NCBI GenBank assembly: GCA_951406725.2
Contig: OX597815.1
Span: forward strand, 33,232,001-33,296,000
DNA from: Octopus vulgaris
Taxonomy: Eukaryota
Length of the DNA stretch: 64,000 nucleotides
Reading direction: 5' to 3'
Positions 28,507 through 43,026 of the stretch are shown here, in pieces. The position numbers and the translations under genes were made by a program. The notes beneath the pieces are model-generated. The model ran no database searches and was not told where the DNA came from. It saw only the letters and a program-made list of their open reading frames with translations. Each line of letters opens with the position of its first letter. The first letter of the stretch is position 1.

Positions 28507-28924
28507 ATTTAACAAGAATTGTATTAGCATTTATACATTTAGGCAGGTTTAAAGGAGTGGTGGTGGGGGACTTTTTGGGGGTAGGCATAGCGCAAAATAT
28601 CATACTTGGGGGAGTGGTCAAGGAGTCAGTGGTAAGTTAGATGAAAGAATAGATAAATAAAAAAATAGATAAATAAAAAAATAAAAAAATAAAAAAATAA
28701 AAATGAAAAATAAAAAGATAAAATAAAAGAATAAAAGAATAAAAAATATAAAAAATATATATAAAAAAAAATATATATATAAAATATATATATAAAAAAA
28801 TATATATATATAAAAAAAGGGGGGATAGAGTTATAGGTAAATAAGGAGATTCTCACTTATACCTATACACACATGTATACGTATCTACACACACATACAC
28901 ACATACACATATATATACACACAC

Positions 28925-28957
<33 letters not shown>

Positions 28958-29412
28958 CATACCTACACATACACACATACATACATACAAATTTACATAT
29001 ACATATATATATATACAATCCAATACAGGCCCATTCCCTAATTTTAATTTTATTATCTTCATTTATTACTTTTGTTATCTTTGATCGCTAGGGCTAAGAA
29101 TCCTGGCAGTGGCTGCCTGTCCATTTGTCTGTCTACTAGAAGGCAAGTACTCATTCCCGCACGCACACTCATTAGCACGTACATTCGCCCATTCGTACAC
29201 TCATACACATACACGTACGCACGCGTTATATTCATACATACAAACATCTACATACGTTCACGTATATACACATACGTACTCGTACCTACAGATTCGTGTC
29301 TACACTTTAGGAGGCTAGTCTATACATATACACCAATAAATATACATATATATATATATACCCGCACATACATACACACACACACATATATACTCCTACA
29401 TACAGATACATA

Positions 29413-29458
<46 letters not shown>

Positions 29459-29723
29459 CATACACCTACACACATACATACATACACGTATACGCATACA
29501 CGCACATACACATATACATGCGTACCCATACACGTGCACACACGCACGCGCATCCATATATATACACACACACACATATATATATACACGTGTGCAAGCA
29601 TACATACATACTCATACGCGCACACATACTTACAAATACATATATGCACACACTTACACACATATATATACATACACATATACATGCATACATACATATA
29701 TGCATACATACACACACGCACTC

Positions 29724-29808
<85 letters not shown>

Positions 29809-29844
29809 CATATATATACATATATATATGTATATATATGTATG

Positions 29845-29903
<59 letters not shown>

Positions 29904-30185
29904 GAGTGCGTGTGTGTATGTATGCATATATGTATGTATGCATGTATATGTGTATGTATATATATGTGTGTAAGTGTGTGCATATATGTATTTGTAAGTA
30001 TGTGTGCGCGTATGAGTATGTATGTATGCTTGCACACGTGTATATATATATGTGTGTGTGTGTATATATATGGATGCGCGTGCGTGTGTGCACGTGTATG
30101 GGTACGCATGTATATGTGTATGTGCGTGTATGCGTATACGTGTATGTATGTATGTGTGTGCGTAGATTTGTATATGTATGTGTGA

Positions 30186-30217
<32 letters not shown>

Positions 30218-30404
30218 GCATATATATAGATGGGTGTGTGTATGCGTATAAATGCATGTAAGTATGGATGTATGGATGTATGTATGTATGTATACGTATG
30301 TATGTGTGTATGTGTGTATGTATATATATGTGTGTGTATATATGTTTGTGTATGTATATATATGTGTATGTATGTGTGCGTATATGTATGTGTGTAGGTG
30401 TATG

Positions 30405-30450
<46 letters not shown>

Positions 30451-30901
30451 TATGTATCTGTATGTAGGAGTATATATGTGTGTGTGTGTATGTATGTGCG
30501 GGTATATATATATATATGTATATTTATTGGTGTATATGTATAGACTAGCCTCCTAAAGTGTAGACACGAATCTGTAGGTACGAGTACGTATGTGTATATA
30601 CGTGAACGTATGTAGATGTTTGTATGTATGAATATAACGCGTGCGTACGTGTATGTGTATGAGTGTACGAATGGGTGAATGTACGTGCTAATGAGTGTGC
30701 GTGCGGGAATGAGTACTTGCCTTCTAGTAGACAGACAAATGGACAGGCAGCCACTGCCAGGATTCTTAGCCCTAGCGATCAAAGATAACAAAAGTAATAA
30801 ATGAAGATAATAAAATTAAAATTAGGGAATGGGCCTGTATTGGATTGTATATATATATATGTATATGTAAATTTGTATGTATGTATGTGTGTATGTGTAG
30901 G

Positions 30902-30950
<49 letters not shown>

Positions 30951-31361
30951 ATATATATGTGTATGTGTGTATGTGTGTGTAGATACGTATACATGTGTGT
31001 ATAGGTATAAGTGAGAATCTCCTTATTTACCTATAACTCTATCCCCCCTTTTTTTATATATATATATTTTTTTATATATATATTTTATATATATATTTTT
31101 TTATATATATTTTTTATATTTTTTATTTTTTTATTCTTTTATTTTATCTTTTTATTTTTCATTTTTATTTTTTTATTTTTTTATTTTTTTATTTATCTAT
31201 TTTTTTTTTATTTATCTATTCTTTCATCTAACTTACCACTGACTCCTTGACCACTCCCCCAAGTATGATATTTTGCGCTATGCCTACCCCCAAAAAGTCC
31301 CCCACCACCACTCCTTTAAACCTGCCTAAATGTATAAATGCTAATACAATTCTTGTTAAAT

Positions 31362-31412
31362 AGCTTCCTGAAGATTTCTCTTGAATGAAACAGTACTAGT
31401 CCTGTAGAAGCT
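31362..31412 (+). ncRNA. Type I hammerhead ribozyme
   Basis: AGCTTC-CTGAAGA-TTTC TCTT GAAT-GAAAC-AG..CT-GTA-GAAGCT. Confidence 0.72.
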
Positions 31413-31944
31413 CCTTCTATATAATAAATTAATTTTACTCTGCTATGTATTGAGTACCTTACTTACTGTGGTTAACCCCGAATCAACCCGGGACCTACAC
31501 ATATATATATATATATATATATACATACATATATATGTACACGTACATACATACATATATGCATGTATGTATGTATTTGAATAATGTGGGAAAACGAATT
31601 TCCAAAACGATCAGGTACACACTCTTTAGCATAATATGCACTTTAATATGGAGAAATGGAGAATATATACTGTGTATCCCGCATCAGTATATCGTGCAAT
31701 GGGGTCAAGATTATGATATATTTATATATATTTATATAGAAATACACAAAATATATAATAATAGAAATTGATAATAGTTCAGTTATTGGGATTTCAATCA
31801 ATAGATTTTTGGGTATCCTCCAGTATTATTTCTTGAAATACTTATAAGTACCACGAATTTTCCATCATAAATACTTGTTATGTTGTTTTTGCATTATCTG
31901 AAATGGAATATCCACAAATCTATCAATTGCAATCCCAATAGCTG

Positions 31945-31979
<35 letters not shown>

Positions 31980-32557
31980 CATTTATTATTCTATCTACAT
32001 TCTATATAATTCTTTGACTAAAAATCGTTAACACAATTTTACTTTACAAGTTAATGAATAAAAATAAAAATAAAAATAAGGAATGGACCTTAAAAATTTA
32101 AGAAATAATAATTTAAGGAATAAAAGAGGACAAAAATACGAAATAAAAATAATGAACAACACACACGCACATACACACATTATGAGCGTATTTTCAAGGC
32201 GGTGCCTCAGTATGGCCGCAGTCCAATGACTGAAACAAGTGAAAGATAAAAGATTTATCTGTGTGTGTGTCCATGTGTATAAATATATATAACTTATTAC
32301 GGGTATAGAAAAGTACACTTGCCTTATGCTAGTGGTTTCAGTCCTTGAGCTGTTTTTTTTAAATTTTTTTTTTGTTTTTGAAATAGAAGTTATACTTATT
32401 TGGCTCAGAATGATGATGGAATTGACCGAGTTTACCTTGCGTTATTCGTTCGGCTCTGTGTGTTTTTATTTCAATAGCACCACAGTCAACTCCATAAACG
32501 GAGATCTTAAGAGAATCCTTTAGTGGGGCCATGCCAGCCTTATTTCTTTTAACGCCA

Positions 32558-32558
32558 G

Positions 32559-32592
<34 letters not shown>

Positions 32593-32675
32593 GAAGGAAG
32601 AAAGAAAGAAAAGAAGGAAAAAAGAAAGAAAGGAAGAAAGGAAGAAAGAAAGAAAGAACGAAAGAGAAAGAATGA

Positions 32676-32738
<63 letters not shown>
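32558..32738. repeat. (GAAA)n microsatellite
   Basis: Direct reading. Confidence 0.95.
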
Positions 32739-32739
<1 letters not shown>

Positions 32740-32899
32740 CTGTTCACCCCAAGAATATTACTACCGCTGTACAACACTACTAAACTTGATTGACACTTAA
32801 CTAAGTCATCACGGTGACTTCAAATGTTGAGCTTCATTATCATCGAGGATTGCTCCTGGCGAAAGCAGATCCTAAACATAACTAGGCCCGCATCCCAAA

Positions 32900-33300
32900 C
32901 ACTAACTCTCCTGACGGGCTTGAGGATATTTTAGACCACAACAGTGGCTGAGACCCTACAAAACTCCAACTAGGAGCCACAATATCTGCTTCAATATCTG
33001 GAACGTTGCTGCAACTACACCGTCAGACATCCTGGACCCGCATCTACCCGCATCTCTTGTCTCACTGTCTTTTCTATCACTGCTATAATGGCTTCTGTTC
33101 CTCAGAGCAGGCTAGCCTGCTGTCCCCACCATTCAGGCATCCCCAATCCTCTCGTCTTTGTACATATTCCGTCACTCTCTGTACGTCCAACCTCCTCCAC
33201 ACCGCACTAACAATTATCCCAAATCCCTTCCCGCCTAGAGCATTGGCCCTCCAGAATCTTTCTGCTGCTTATGTATTTTCTGCATGCATAAACAAGGTAA
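32900..33300 (+). mobile_element. Old LINE ORF2 3' fragment
   Basis: CLFYHCYNGFCSSEQASLLSPP resembles the C-terminus of CR1/L2-group ORF2. Confidence 0.55.
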
Positions 33301-34335
33301 AAAAAAAGTTCTTATTGGCATCGAGCTCATCGGCCTTGTTGGGTCTGGAAAGGTTATGGACAAGATGCTTCCAGACTCAACAAGTGAAAATAAAACAACA
33401 AAGGAATGTTTGAGTGTGAAAATAAGGGTCATTGGTGCATAAAATATATTTTTATAGAAACCAAAGTAGCTGTCTCGTAGAGGAATAACAATTCTAGACA
33501 GAGACAACGACGATGTTGCATAACGGGATTCTATGCGTTTAAGCATATTAATTACATTATAAGTTTGTTAGGGTGGTTGGTATTTGTTAATGCAACAAAG
33601 AATCATCTGGTAGTTGTTAGGAGCGGGTATCAAGAAAAGGTAAGGTGAAAGACATACAGGGACCAATTGGTCTATACAGATATATAAGTAAAGAAACTCT
33701 CTTTATTACAAAATACAGGCCCCTTCTGAACGGGTCTACGACAACGATATATCCACCTCGGCTTTAGAATAACACAAATACACACGCAAATATTATATTC
33801 CTAAGAATCCATTACACACACATACACACACGTAGACATATGCACACACACATACGTACATGCACATATGCACATAGTGTGCAAAGTTTTAGAAGCCGAT
33901 AGATATGCCACCGGTTTCTACTAATGGACAAATGTAAGTTTAAAATGTGTGGGAGATTTATTCATTTGTCTGTGTGTAAGTGCGGGTTTTGCAAATGTGT
34001 GTGTGAGAGAGGGAGAGAGAGAGAGGGGGGGAGAAAGAGAGAGAATAGATAGACGGATATAGTATACCTAAACATATATATTTATGTATATGTATAAACG
34101 TATAGAGATATATATACCTATACGCACAAATTTTCCACTATCATTAGACGCTTTGAAGGTTCTTTATAAATATTTTTTTTAAATATTAAAATAACCACAC
34201 ACACACACACATACACGCATATATATACATATATATATTTATATATGTGTGTTTGTATGCATATGCATATATGTGTGTATGTGCATATATCCGTGTACGA
34301 ACACACACACACACACATATATGTATATATATATA

Positions 34336-34736
34336 TATATTTCGGAATGGTCATTTTGTCAGTTTAGCCAATAAAAACACACGCACTATATATTTGGTGT
34401 TACTTTGCTTCAGTGTTATTTATTTTTTACATTAATCTTAATCTTATTTCGGCCAGAGTTCTTTCGTCACACTGACGGTTAGTAAAAAGAGACACAAATA
34501 AGAAAGAAGAAAACAAAGGACCACTGATGCGGTCACAGGAGTGTGACGAAAGAACTCTGGCCGAAATAAGAATAAGATTAATGTAAAAAATAAATAACAC
34601 TGAAGCAAAGTAACACCAAATATATAGTGCGTGTGTTTTTATTGGCTAAACTGACAAAATGACCATTCCGAAATATAACAATATCTGTTTCAACACACGA
34701 CTTCACATAAAAATCTTGCACAACAAATATATAAAC

Positions 34737-34740
<4 letters not shown>
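34336..34740 (+). mobile_element. Fold-back short element with HHR-like motif (34518-34562)
   Basis: 34336-34473 inverted against 34540-34677; CCA-CTGATGC-GGTCAC AGGAGT GTGAC-GAAAG-AA-CTC-TGG. Confidence 0.7.
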
Positions 34741-34810
<70 letters not shown>

Positions 34811-35381
34811 GATAAAGTTATAATTTAGCGTATCTAAAAGAAACCTCCAGGCTATAAATAGCAGCCAAAACTTGACTCTAAAACCACATTTAATGTAGTT
34901 TTAGTGTCAAGTTTTGGCTGCTATTTCTAGCGTGGAGGTATATCTTAGATAAACTAAATTATAATTTTAATAATAATTTTTACCTTTGAAGGTTTTTATT
35001 CCCATGCTGGTCACTTGATAAGATCGATAATTAAATTAGCGATCTTATCCTTATTTATATAAATATATAGATAGCTATAAACGTAGATATACATACATAA
35101 ATATATATGCACACATATGCATATATTAAAGGATCTACATACACATATTCATACACACATTCATATATATATATATACATCAAAACATGCATTTGCAAAT
35201 GTCCGTATACCCAGTTATGAATATGTTTCACTATGCGTACTTGTTTGCTTTTTTGTATGCATCTGTTGGGTCAAATGTATACATGGATATGCACATGCGT
35301 ATAAGTACATATGGGTATATCTGTATCAATGTGCTAAGCATGCACATTAATGTGCGCGTGTGTGTGTGTGTGTGTGTGTGT

Positions 35382-35687
35382 GGAGGCGCAATGGCCCAGT
35401 GGTTAGAGAAGCGGACTCGCGGTCGGAGGATCGCGGTTTCGATGCCCAGACCGGGCGTTGTGAGTGTTTATTGAGCGAAAACACCCAAAGCTCCACGAGG
35501 CTCCGGCAGGGGGTGGTGGCGATCCCTGCTGTACTCTTTCGCCACAACTTTCTCTCACTCTATCTTCTGTTGGCCTGCTCGCTTAGCCAGCGGGGTGGCG
35601 TCATTTGAAGGCTATAACAACGCTAAGCGCATTGTGACCAGCGATGTGTAGCAACATCTGATAATCTGGTCGGTCACGGTGATCACG

Positions 35688-35690
<3 letters not shown>
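35382..35690 (+). mobile_element. tRNA-derived SINE, full length
   Basis: A box TGGCCCAGTGG, B box GTTTCGATGCC, TCACGGTGA tail repeats. Confidence 0.82.
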
Positions 35691-35757
<67 letters not shown>

Positions 35758-35769
35758 TACATATATATA

Positions 35770-36060
35770 AAATACAAAATGGGACAAAAACGCAAAACAT
35801 CCGGACAACTAGGCGATACAAAAAGGGACAACAAAATATCCAGATAGACGATACAAAAAAACAAGGACGGGTCATTCGAAGCCTTTTATCTTCAGTCAAG
35901 AACCGGATCATCCTCGCAATTTCGGCTGATTAATCTTGAGATTGCTCCAATCTGGCCAGCCCCAAGGAAAAAACTAAGCTAAGAGCATTAGATTTCTTTG
36001 AAAAGAACATCGAATGTATGCGAAAACATACGGAAAAAACAGACGATGTTACACGAATAT
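35770..36060. mobile_element. Interspersed repeat, unclassified (same family as 11475-11745)
   Basis: Sequence similarity between copies. Confidence 0.7.
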
Positions 36061-36189
36061 AAATACAAAAATACAATAAAAATACACACACACATATATT
36101 TTTTCACCGGCCTTCACTAGGAAAAAATATAGACTGCTCTACTTTTTAGAGTATGTTTCTTCTCTGGATTTATGTTTTTCTAAAAACGG

Positions 36190-36244
<55 letters not shown>

Positions 36245-36379
36245 GTGTGCGTAGTTAACTGTATGTGTATGCATTCATGCAAATATATATGTATACATAT
36301 CTTTAGGTAAAGTGCATGTATATCTCTATATCTTTATTTTCTTATATCTATCTCTTTATCTATCTATCTATCTACCTCC

Positions 36380-36411
<32 letters not shown>

Positions 36412-36499
36412 CACACACAGTTAAGTGTTTACGTATTTGTATTTAAATGGCTTAATATAAGCGTGTGTATACATGTGTGTAGAATGTGAACATGTACGC

Positions 36500-36556
<57 letters not shown>

Positions 36557-36976
36557 TATACATATATATATGTATATTTATATATATTATACATATACAC
36601 ACACATACTGATACGCACATATATGTCTGTATGTGTGCATATGCGCATTTGTGCTTGTCTATGTGTGTATTAGTGCTTGTGTGTGTATGCATGTGTACAT
36701 AAAAACATAGATAGAAAGATATAGATATGTTTTTGTATACAGGATGATTGAAAAGACCTTTTAGCATTTAAAATGTTAGAGTAATTATATTTTTTCACTT
36801 GGAATTTTCGTTTACATATATTTCAGAGAATATCTTTGCTTTTTTTTTATTCTGAAGATCTTTTACTGTTTGTGCGTATGTGTGTGTGCATGTGTATGTG
36901 CATGTGTGTGTGCGCGCGCGCACGCATATGTATATGTATATATACATATGCGTGTGTGTGTGTTTATGTAGGTTTG

Positions 36977-37020
<44 letters not shown>

Positions 37021-37024
<4 letters not shown>

Positions 37025-37235
37025 ATCCAAACAAGAAAACACAAAAAAACACAAAAAAACACAGCAACGCGAGGACGTGGAACAAATAAAGTATTATTGG
37101 ACGCTCAGGAAAGAAGGGAAGAAGGAGGGTGTAACGTTTCGAGCGGAGCTCTTCGACGGAAACAAAGGAGAAGGAAAGATCCCGAGAAGGGAAGACAGGG
37201 GGAAAAAAATTGCTGGCGGTGCTCACGAGGTCACA
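37021..37235 (-). mobile_element. Short repeat with degenerate HHR (37131-37163)
   Basis: Homolog of 18232-18440; stem II GAGC-TCC-GCTC then GAAACGTT. Confidence 0.65.
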
Positions 37236-37314
37236 TATATATACACTTACATTTGTGTATGAATGCACGTATGCATATGTTTGTATTATGTGTATGTGTA
37301 TGTGTATGTGTGTG

Positions 37315-37383
<69 letters not shown>

Positions 37384-37647
37384 CCGCAGCCGCATACCTG
37401 AAATGTATAAAAGAATTAAAAGAATATGTATATGTGTTAGACAACTGGCCCGTTAGTCCAGTAATCACGTCCAATTATCTGGCCATATTTCGTTCGGCTG
37501 CGAAGGACGGTTTGCGCAGCAGGTCAGCTGAAAACCCCTAGCGTAAAAAAGATGTTGAAGCTACAGAGGTTGGCGGAATTTAGTGATTACGGTGGGAAGA
37601 AGAGTTCGATTCTTATCCTGTTCATATTTATACTAAAAGGACATTTG

Positions 37648-37701
<54 letters not shown>

Positions 37702-37930
37702 ACACACACATACACACACACACACACGCCGGCGCGCGCGCGCGCACACACAATACCTGAAAGTATACGGGGTACATATACTTAACTGCCGGCCCCTTTC
37801 AACTTTGAACTTGTTTCAATCTTTGGACAGTGACCATGCTGGGGCGCCACCTTGAGGAATTTTTTCGGACAAATCGCCTCAGTCTGGTACTTATTCCATC
37901 AGTGGCAGTAGATAAGCACAAACACAAGGG

Positions 37931-37970
<40 letters not shown>

Positions 37971-38002
37971 GCGCACATACACAAACACACACACACACAC
38001 AG

Positions 38003-38170
38003 GTGCAGGTGTGGCTGTGTGGTAAGTAGCTTGCTTACCAACCACATGGCTCCGAGTTCAGTCTCACTGCGTGGCACCTTAGGCAAGTGTCTTCTACTAT
38101 AGCCTCGGGCCGACCAATGCCTTGTGAGTGGATTTGGTAGACGGAAACTGAAAGAAGCCCGTCGGATATA

Positions 38171-38239
<69 letters not shown>

Positions 38240-38452
38240 TTGTGTGTCTCTGTTTGTCCGACCAACATCGCTTGACAACCGATGCTGGTGTGTTTACGTC
38301 CGCGTAACTTAGCGGTTCGGTAAAAGTGACCGATAGAATAAGTACTTGGCTTACAAAGAATAAGTCCTGGGGTCGATTTGCTCGACTAAAGGCGGTGCTC
38401 CAGCATGACCGCAGTCAAATGACTGAAACAAGTAAAAGAGTAAAGAGTAAAG
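38003..38452 (+). mobile_element. Octopus-type tRNA-derived SINE, full length
   Basis: Same family as 21562-21966. Confidence 0.85.
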
Positions 38453-38592
38453 AGTACACAAATAGAAGGAAAAAAAGATAGAAAGAGAATGATAAAGAAA
38501 GAGGAAGAGAGAAGGAGAGAAACAGGCCGCAAGTGAGGGCCCCAGACAGGGAACACGGTGTCAAATATATAATGTGTATATATATATATACA

Positions 38593-38642
38593 CAAAAACT
38601 GTCTGATGAACGGCAACGAGAAACTCAGAGTAACAGATTTTG
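38593..38642 (+). ncRNA. Type I hammerhead ribozyme motif
   Basis: CTGT-CTGATGA-ACG GCAA CGA-GAAAC-TCAGA-GTA-ACAG; the stem II closing pair is mismatched in this copy. Confidence 0.7.
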
Positions 38643-38738
38643 TTGAATTTTCTGCTGCTTTAAATAAAGCATATTACTCTACCACTGGTATTTGAGTACT
38701 CTTTTTTCCACCTTGTTTCACATTTATGTGTTTACTCC

Positions 38739-38779
<41 letters not shown>

Positions 38780-38844
38780 TATTTTTCCGTAATGAGATAA
38801 AAAACCAAGGTTGTGTAGATTTTAGAACACTCATAAATATGTCT

Positions 38845-38876
<32 letters not shown>

Positions 38877-39047
38877 GGATAAAATCTTTATAAGAATTTA
38901 TCAAGTAGTTAACGTGAAAAACCTCATAATGGAAGAATTTATTAATTATTCCTTTTAAATATATTTATTCATATTAGGGGCATTACTATACATAAATGTC
39001 TCACGCTAGGAGGGACTCTTAAAGTCAAAACTACCATAATAAACACA

Positions 39048-39065
39048 TCTATTATATAAAATCCG

Positions 39066-39106
<41 letters not shown>

Positions 39107-39623
39107 TTCTAGGATCTCGGGCATTCTCCATCCGATTGCGCTCAAATTCGATATGTAGATACCGACGGTATCAGGACGTGTATAAGTCTTGAAAAAATTA
39201 CAAAAATCGATTCCAGGTTAGAATGCGATCAATAAAGCCGTGAGAACGTGCATTTGTTCGCGCAAGTACATCAGCTGTTGCGATCGATGCTACGCGTACA
39301 TACCTATCTTAATTCCAAAAGACCCTCAACCACAACATCTTGGGTTATGTTCGACAGATTTTAAATTAAATTAAACTCTAATTAAATATCATTTATTATA
39401 GTTAATAGTTAAAATATATTTGTGTGAATAAAATCGTTTCTCTTTGGAATAGAAAAAAGTCTAACGTTATTTCTTCTTTTGCTGGTGTCTCAAATTTAAG
39501 TTATATCAGTGTTTCTCAAAGGGGTGGACTTTGGGACGATCGGACAAGTTGTTTTGAGAAAATTTGGTTTAAATGTTTGACAACTCAGTACCGTCCATTG
39601 GACGGGGGGGGGCGCTTTGCTTG
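39048..39623 (+). mobile_element. Non-autonomous Helitron-like element
   Basis: A|TC start, internal (TG)n, hairpin CCGTCC-ATT-GGACGG, end CTTG|T. Confidence 0.62.
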
Positions 39624-40029
39624 TGTGTATATATATATATGTGTGTGTGTGTGTGTATGTGTATATATATACGCGCACAAACACATACACACACATATAC
39701 ACACATATGTACATATATATATATACATACATACATATTTATATATATACCTGCACATACATATATGTGTGTGCGTGTGCGTGTGTGTGTGCGCGCGCGC
39801 TTACGAGCGAACACACAACATCGAGAAACGCTGATTAGCAATGACTTGAATCATTTCCCGAACAAAAGATACATACAAAAAGTATTTGGTACTTTTGTCC
39901 ATTTTGTATAACCGAGCATATATTACATTGTATTGTTATACTATAAATGCAAACATACATACTCATATTCATATATGTATACATATATACATGCACACAC
40001 ACACACACACACACATATATGTATATATA

Positions 40030-40301
40030 GGTGGTGAGTTCACGAAAAAATACAAAAGACGAAGACAGGTGGTGTACAGATGTATTAGTATATATATCTA
40101 TATATATATATATGTCGCCATGATAGATTGTTAGCTGCTACACACATTTTTTTCTCTCCTTGTTTTTTCTGTAGCCCTTTCTGTAGAAGAGCGTAGGCTC
40201 GAAACATAAAAGACTTTTTCTATTCCTGAACGTTATACTAATACACCTGTTTGTTTTGTACACCACCTGTCTTCCTCTTTTTTTTTTTTTTCGTAAACTC
40301 T

Positions 40302-40305
<4 letters not shown>
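40030..40305 (+). mobile_element. Short element with inverted ends and HHR-like motif (40177-40212)
   Basis: 40030-40092 inverted against 40234-40303; CTTT-CTGTAGA-AGAGC GTAG GCTC-GAAAC-ATA-AAAG. Confidence 0.62.
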
Positions 40306-40355
<50 letters not shown>

Positions 40356-40368
40356 TATATATACATAC

Positions 40369-40424
<56 letters not shown>

Positions 40425-40638
40425 GCTCACACACACACATATGTATGTATGTATGTATGTATATGTGCATGTTTGTGTGCATGTGTGTGAGTTTGTCTAT
40501 ATGTATAGGTTTGATTCAGAGTAATGATTTATTCACATACTAAATAAAAGAGACAATACTTCGGAATGCAAAATTAATGATTAGTTAATAGGTAAGATAT
40601 TAATGTTTAGCTGATAGGTAGTAACTACATATATATAT

Positions 40639-40860
40639 ATATTGTTGTATTTCGGGACGGTCATTCTTTCGCCAAATAAACACATGCACTATATATTCGT
40701 TCTTCACTCGTTTATTACTTTTCTTATTCCAACGAGTGAAGAACGAATATACAGTGCGTGTGTTTATTTGGCGGGAAAGACAATGGCCGTCCCGAAATAC
40801 AACAATATCCGTTTCAATAAACCGTTTCACATCAAGAATCATGCAACATAAATTCATTAA
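40639..40860. mobile_element. Fold-back hairpin element related to 34336-34740
   Basis: Arms 40639-40712 and 40730-40808; shared GTGCGTGTGTTT..TTGGC and CCGAAATA.AACAATATC.GTTTCAA. Confidence 0.7.
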
Positions 40861-40866
40861 CGTGTA

Positions 40867-40947
<81 letters not shown>

Positions 40948-40999
40948 GTGAAACAAGGTATATATATATATATATATATATAATCTTTACCCAGTGGTA

Positions 41000-41149
41000 G
41001 AGTAAATGCATAGAGGGGACAAGCAAGGACAGACAAAGGAATTAATTCGATTTCAGCGACCCCAGTGCATAACTGGTACAGTCCGATTTAATCGACAACG
41101 AAAATGAATGGCAGAGTCGATCTCGGCGAAATTTTCTGTGAACTCAAAC

Positions 41150-41187
<38 letters not shown>

Positions 41188-41336
41188 TTCTTTATTGCCC
41201 GCAGGGGGCTAAACATAGCCAGGGGACAAGCAAGGACAGACAAAGGTATATATATTCGATTATAGCGACCCCAGTGCGCAACTATACTTATTTAATCGAC
41301 CCCGAAAGGATGAATGGCAGAGTCGACCTCGGCGGA

Positions 41337-41340
<4 letters not shown>
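41000..41340 (-). mobile_element. Two Nin-type SINE fragments
   Basis: CGACCCCAGTGC...GAATGGCAGAGTCGA.CTCGGCG occurs twice. Confidence 0.7.
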
Positions 41341-41377
<37 letters not shown>

Positions 41378-41387
41378 GTGTGTGTGT

Positions 41388-41432
<45 letters not shown>

Positions 41433-41575
41433 AAATACAAAATGGGACAAGAACGCAAAACATCCGAACAACTAGGCGATACAAAAAGAGACAACAAAAC
41501 GTCCAACTGTGCGTGTGTCCGCTTGACAACCGGCGTTGGTGCATTTACATTTCTATATATTACGTACCAGAGTTG

Positions 41576-42025
<450 letters not shown>

Positions 42026-42398
42026 CGATTGTCCCGCTTTGTATTTCCATATCTGTTCAATTTGTTTAATGCTTGAAAACAAAATCAAACCTAGAATTAA
42101 AAAAAAATGTATAATTGAAACTCACCAATTGTTTCTCCTATAGATAAATATTTATATGACACACACATATATATATATATATATGTTAACGTCTTCCTTC
42201 TTATTACGACTGTTGTTAGTTTTTCTGATTAGCCAGTTCGTATTGTGTCGAATCTGAGTAATGACGACGGCAATTAGAAACCTTGTACTTGGAGTTTGTA
42301 GTCAAACTTAAGCCTCGTAATTTTTAGACTTACAAACATGTGTCTTCAACTTGTCACGGTGATTACTAATGCAGCGTTGCTACATAGCCATAAAACAG

Positions 42399-42481
<83 letters not shown>

Positions 42482-42695
42482 TCTCTCTCTCTCTCCTTCT
42501 CTCTGCTTCGTTTTCTCTCTCTCTCACTCTCTCACTCCCTCCTCTCTCTGTCTTACTTTGTGAGAGCACGTCATCCATACGTGCGTACATACATACATAC
42601 AAGTATACATGCGCGCGTGTTCGCACACACACACACACACACACAAGCACGCACACACACGCACACACACACACACACGCGCACACACACGCACA

Positions 42696-42830
<135 letters not shown>

Positions 42831-43026
42831 ATATACATTCACTGATAGACAAACATTTATGAATGTATTCTATGTGTGCATGTGTATACATGCCTCAATA
42901 CCCTTTTGCCCCTATGGGTATATGTGTCTATATATTCATATGCATTTAAGCATTTGAATTTAGAAATATTTCCTTATTTCTGTTTGATACGTGTGTTATC
43001 CTATACGTGTACGTTTTTAAGTGTAT

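Larger units (their letters stand above)
28443..31500. mobile_element. ~3-kb fold-back element with terminal HHRs
   Basis: 28443-~29470 is the reverse complement of ~30390-31425; inner palindrome ~29470-30160 centred on a TA tract; only the right arm continues to ~31500. Confidence 0.85.

Noticed and set aside
35865-35965. CTGAAGA and CAGCCGAAA on the minus strand of the unclassified repeat
   Set aside because: Order and pairing do not give a consistent hammerhead
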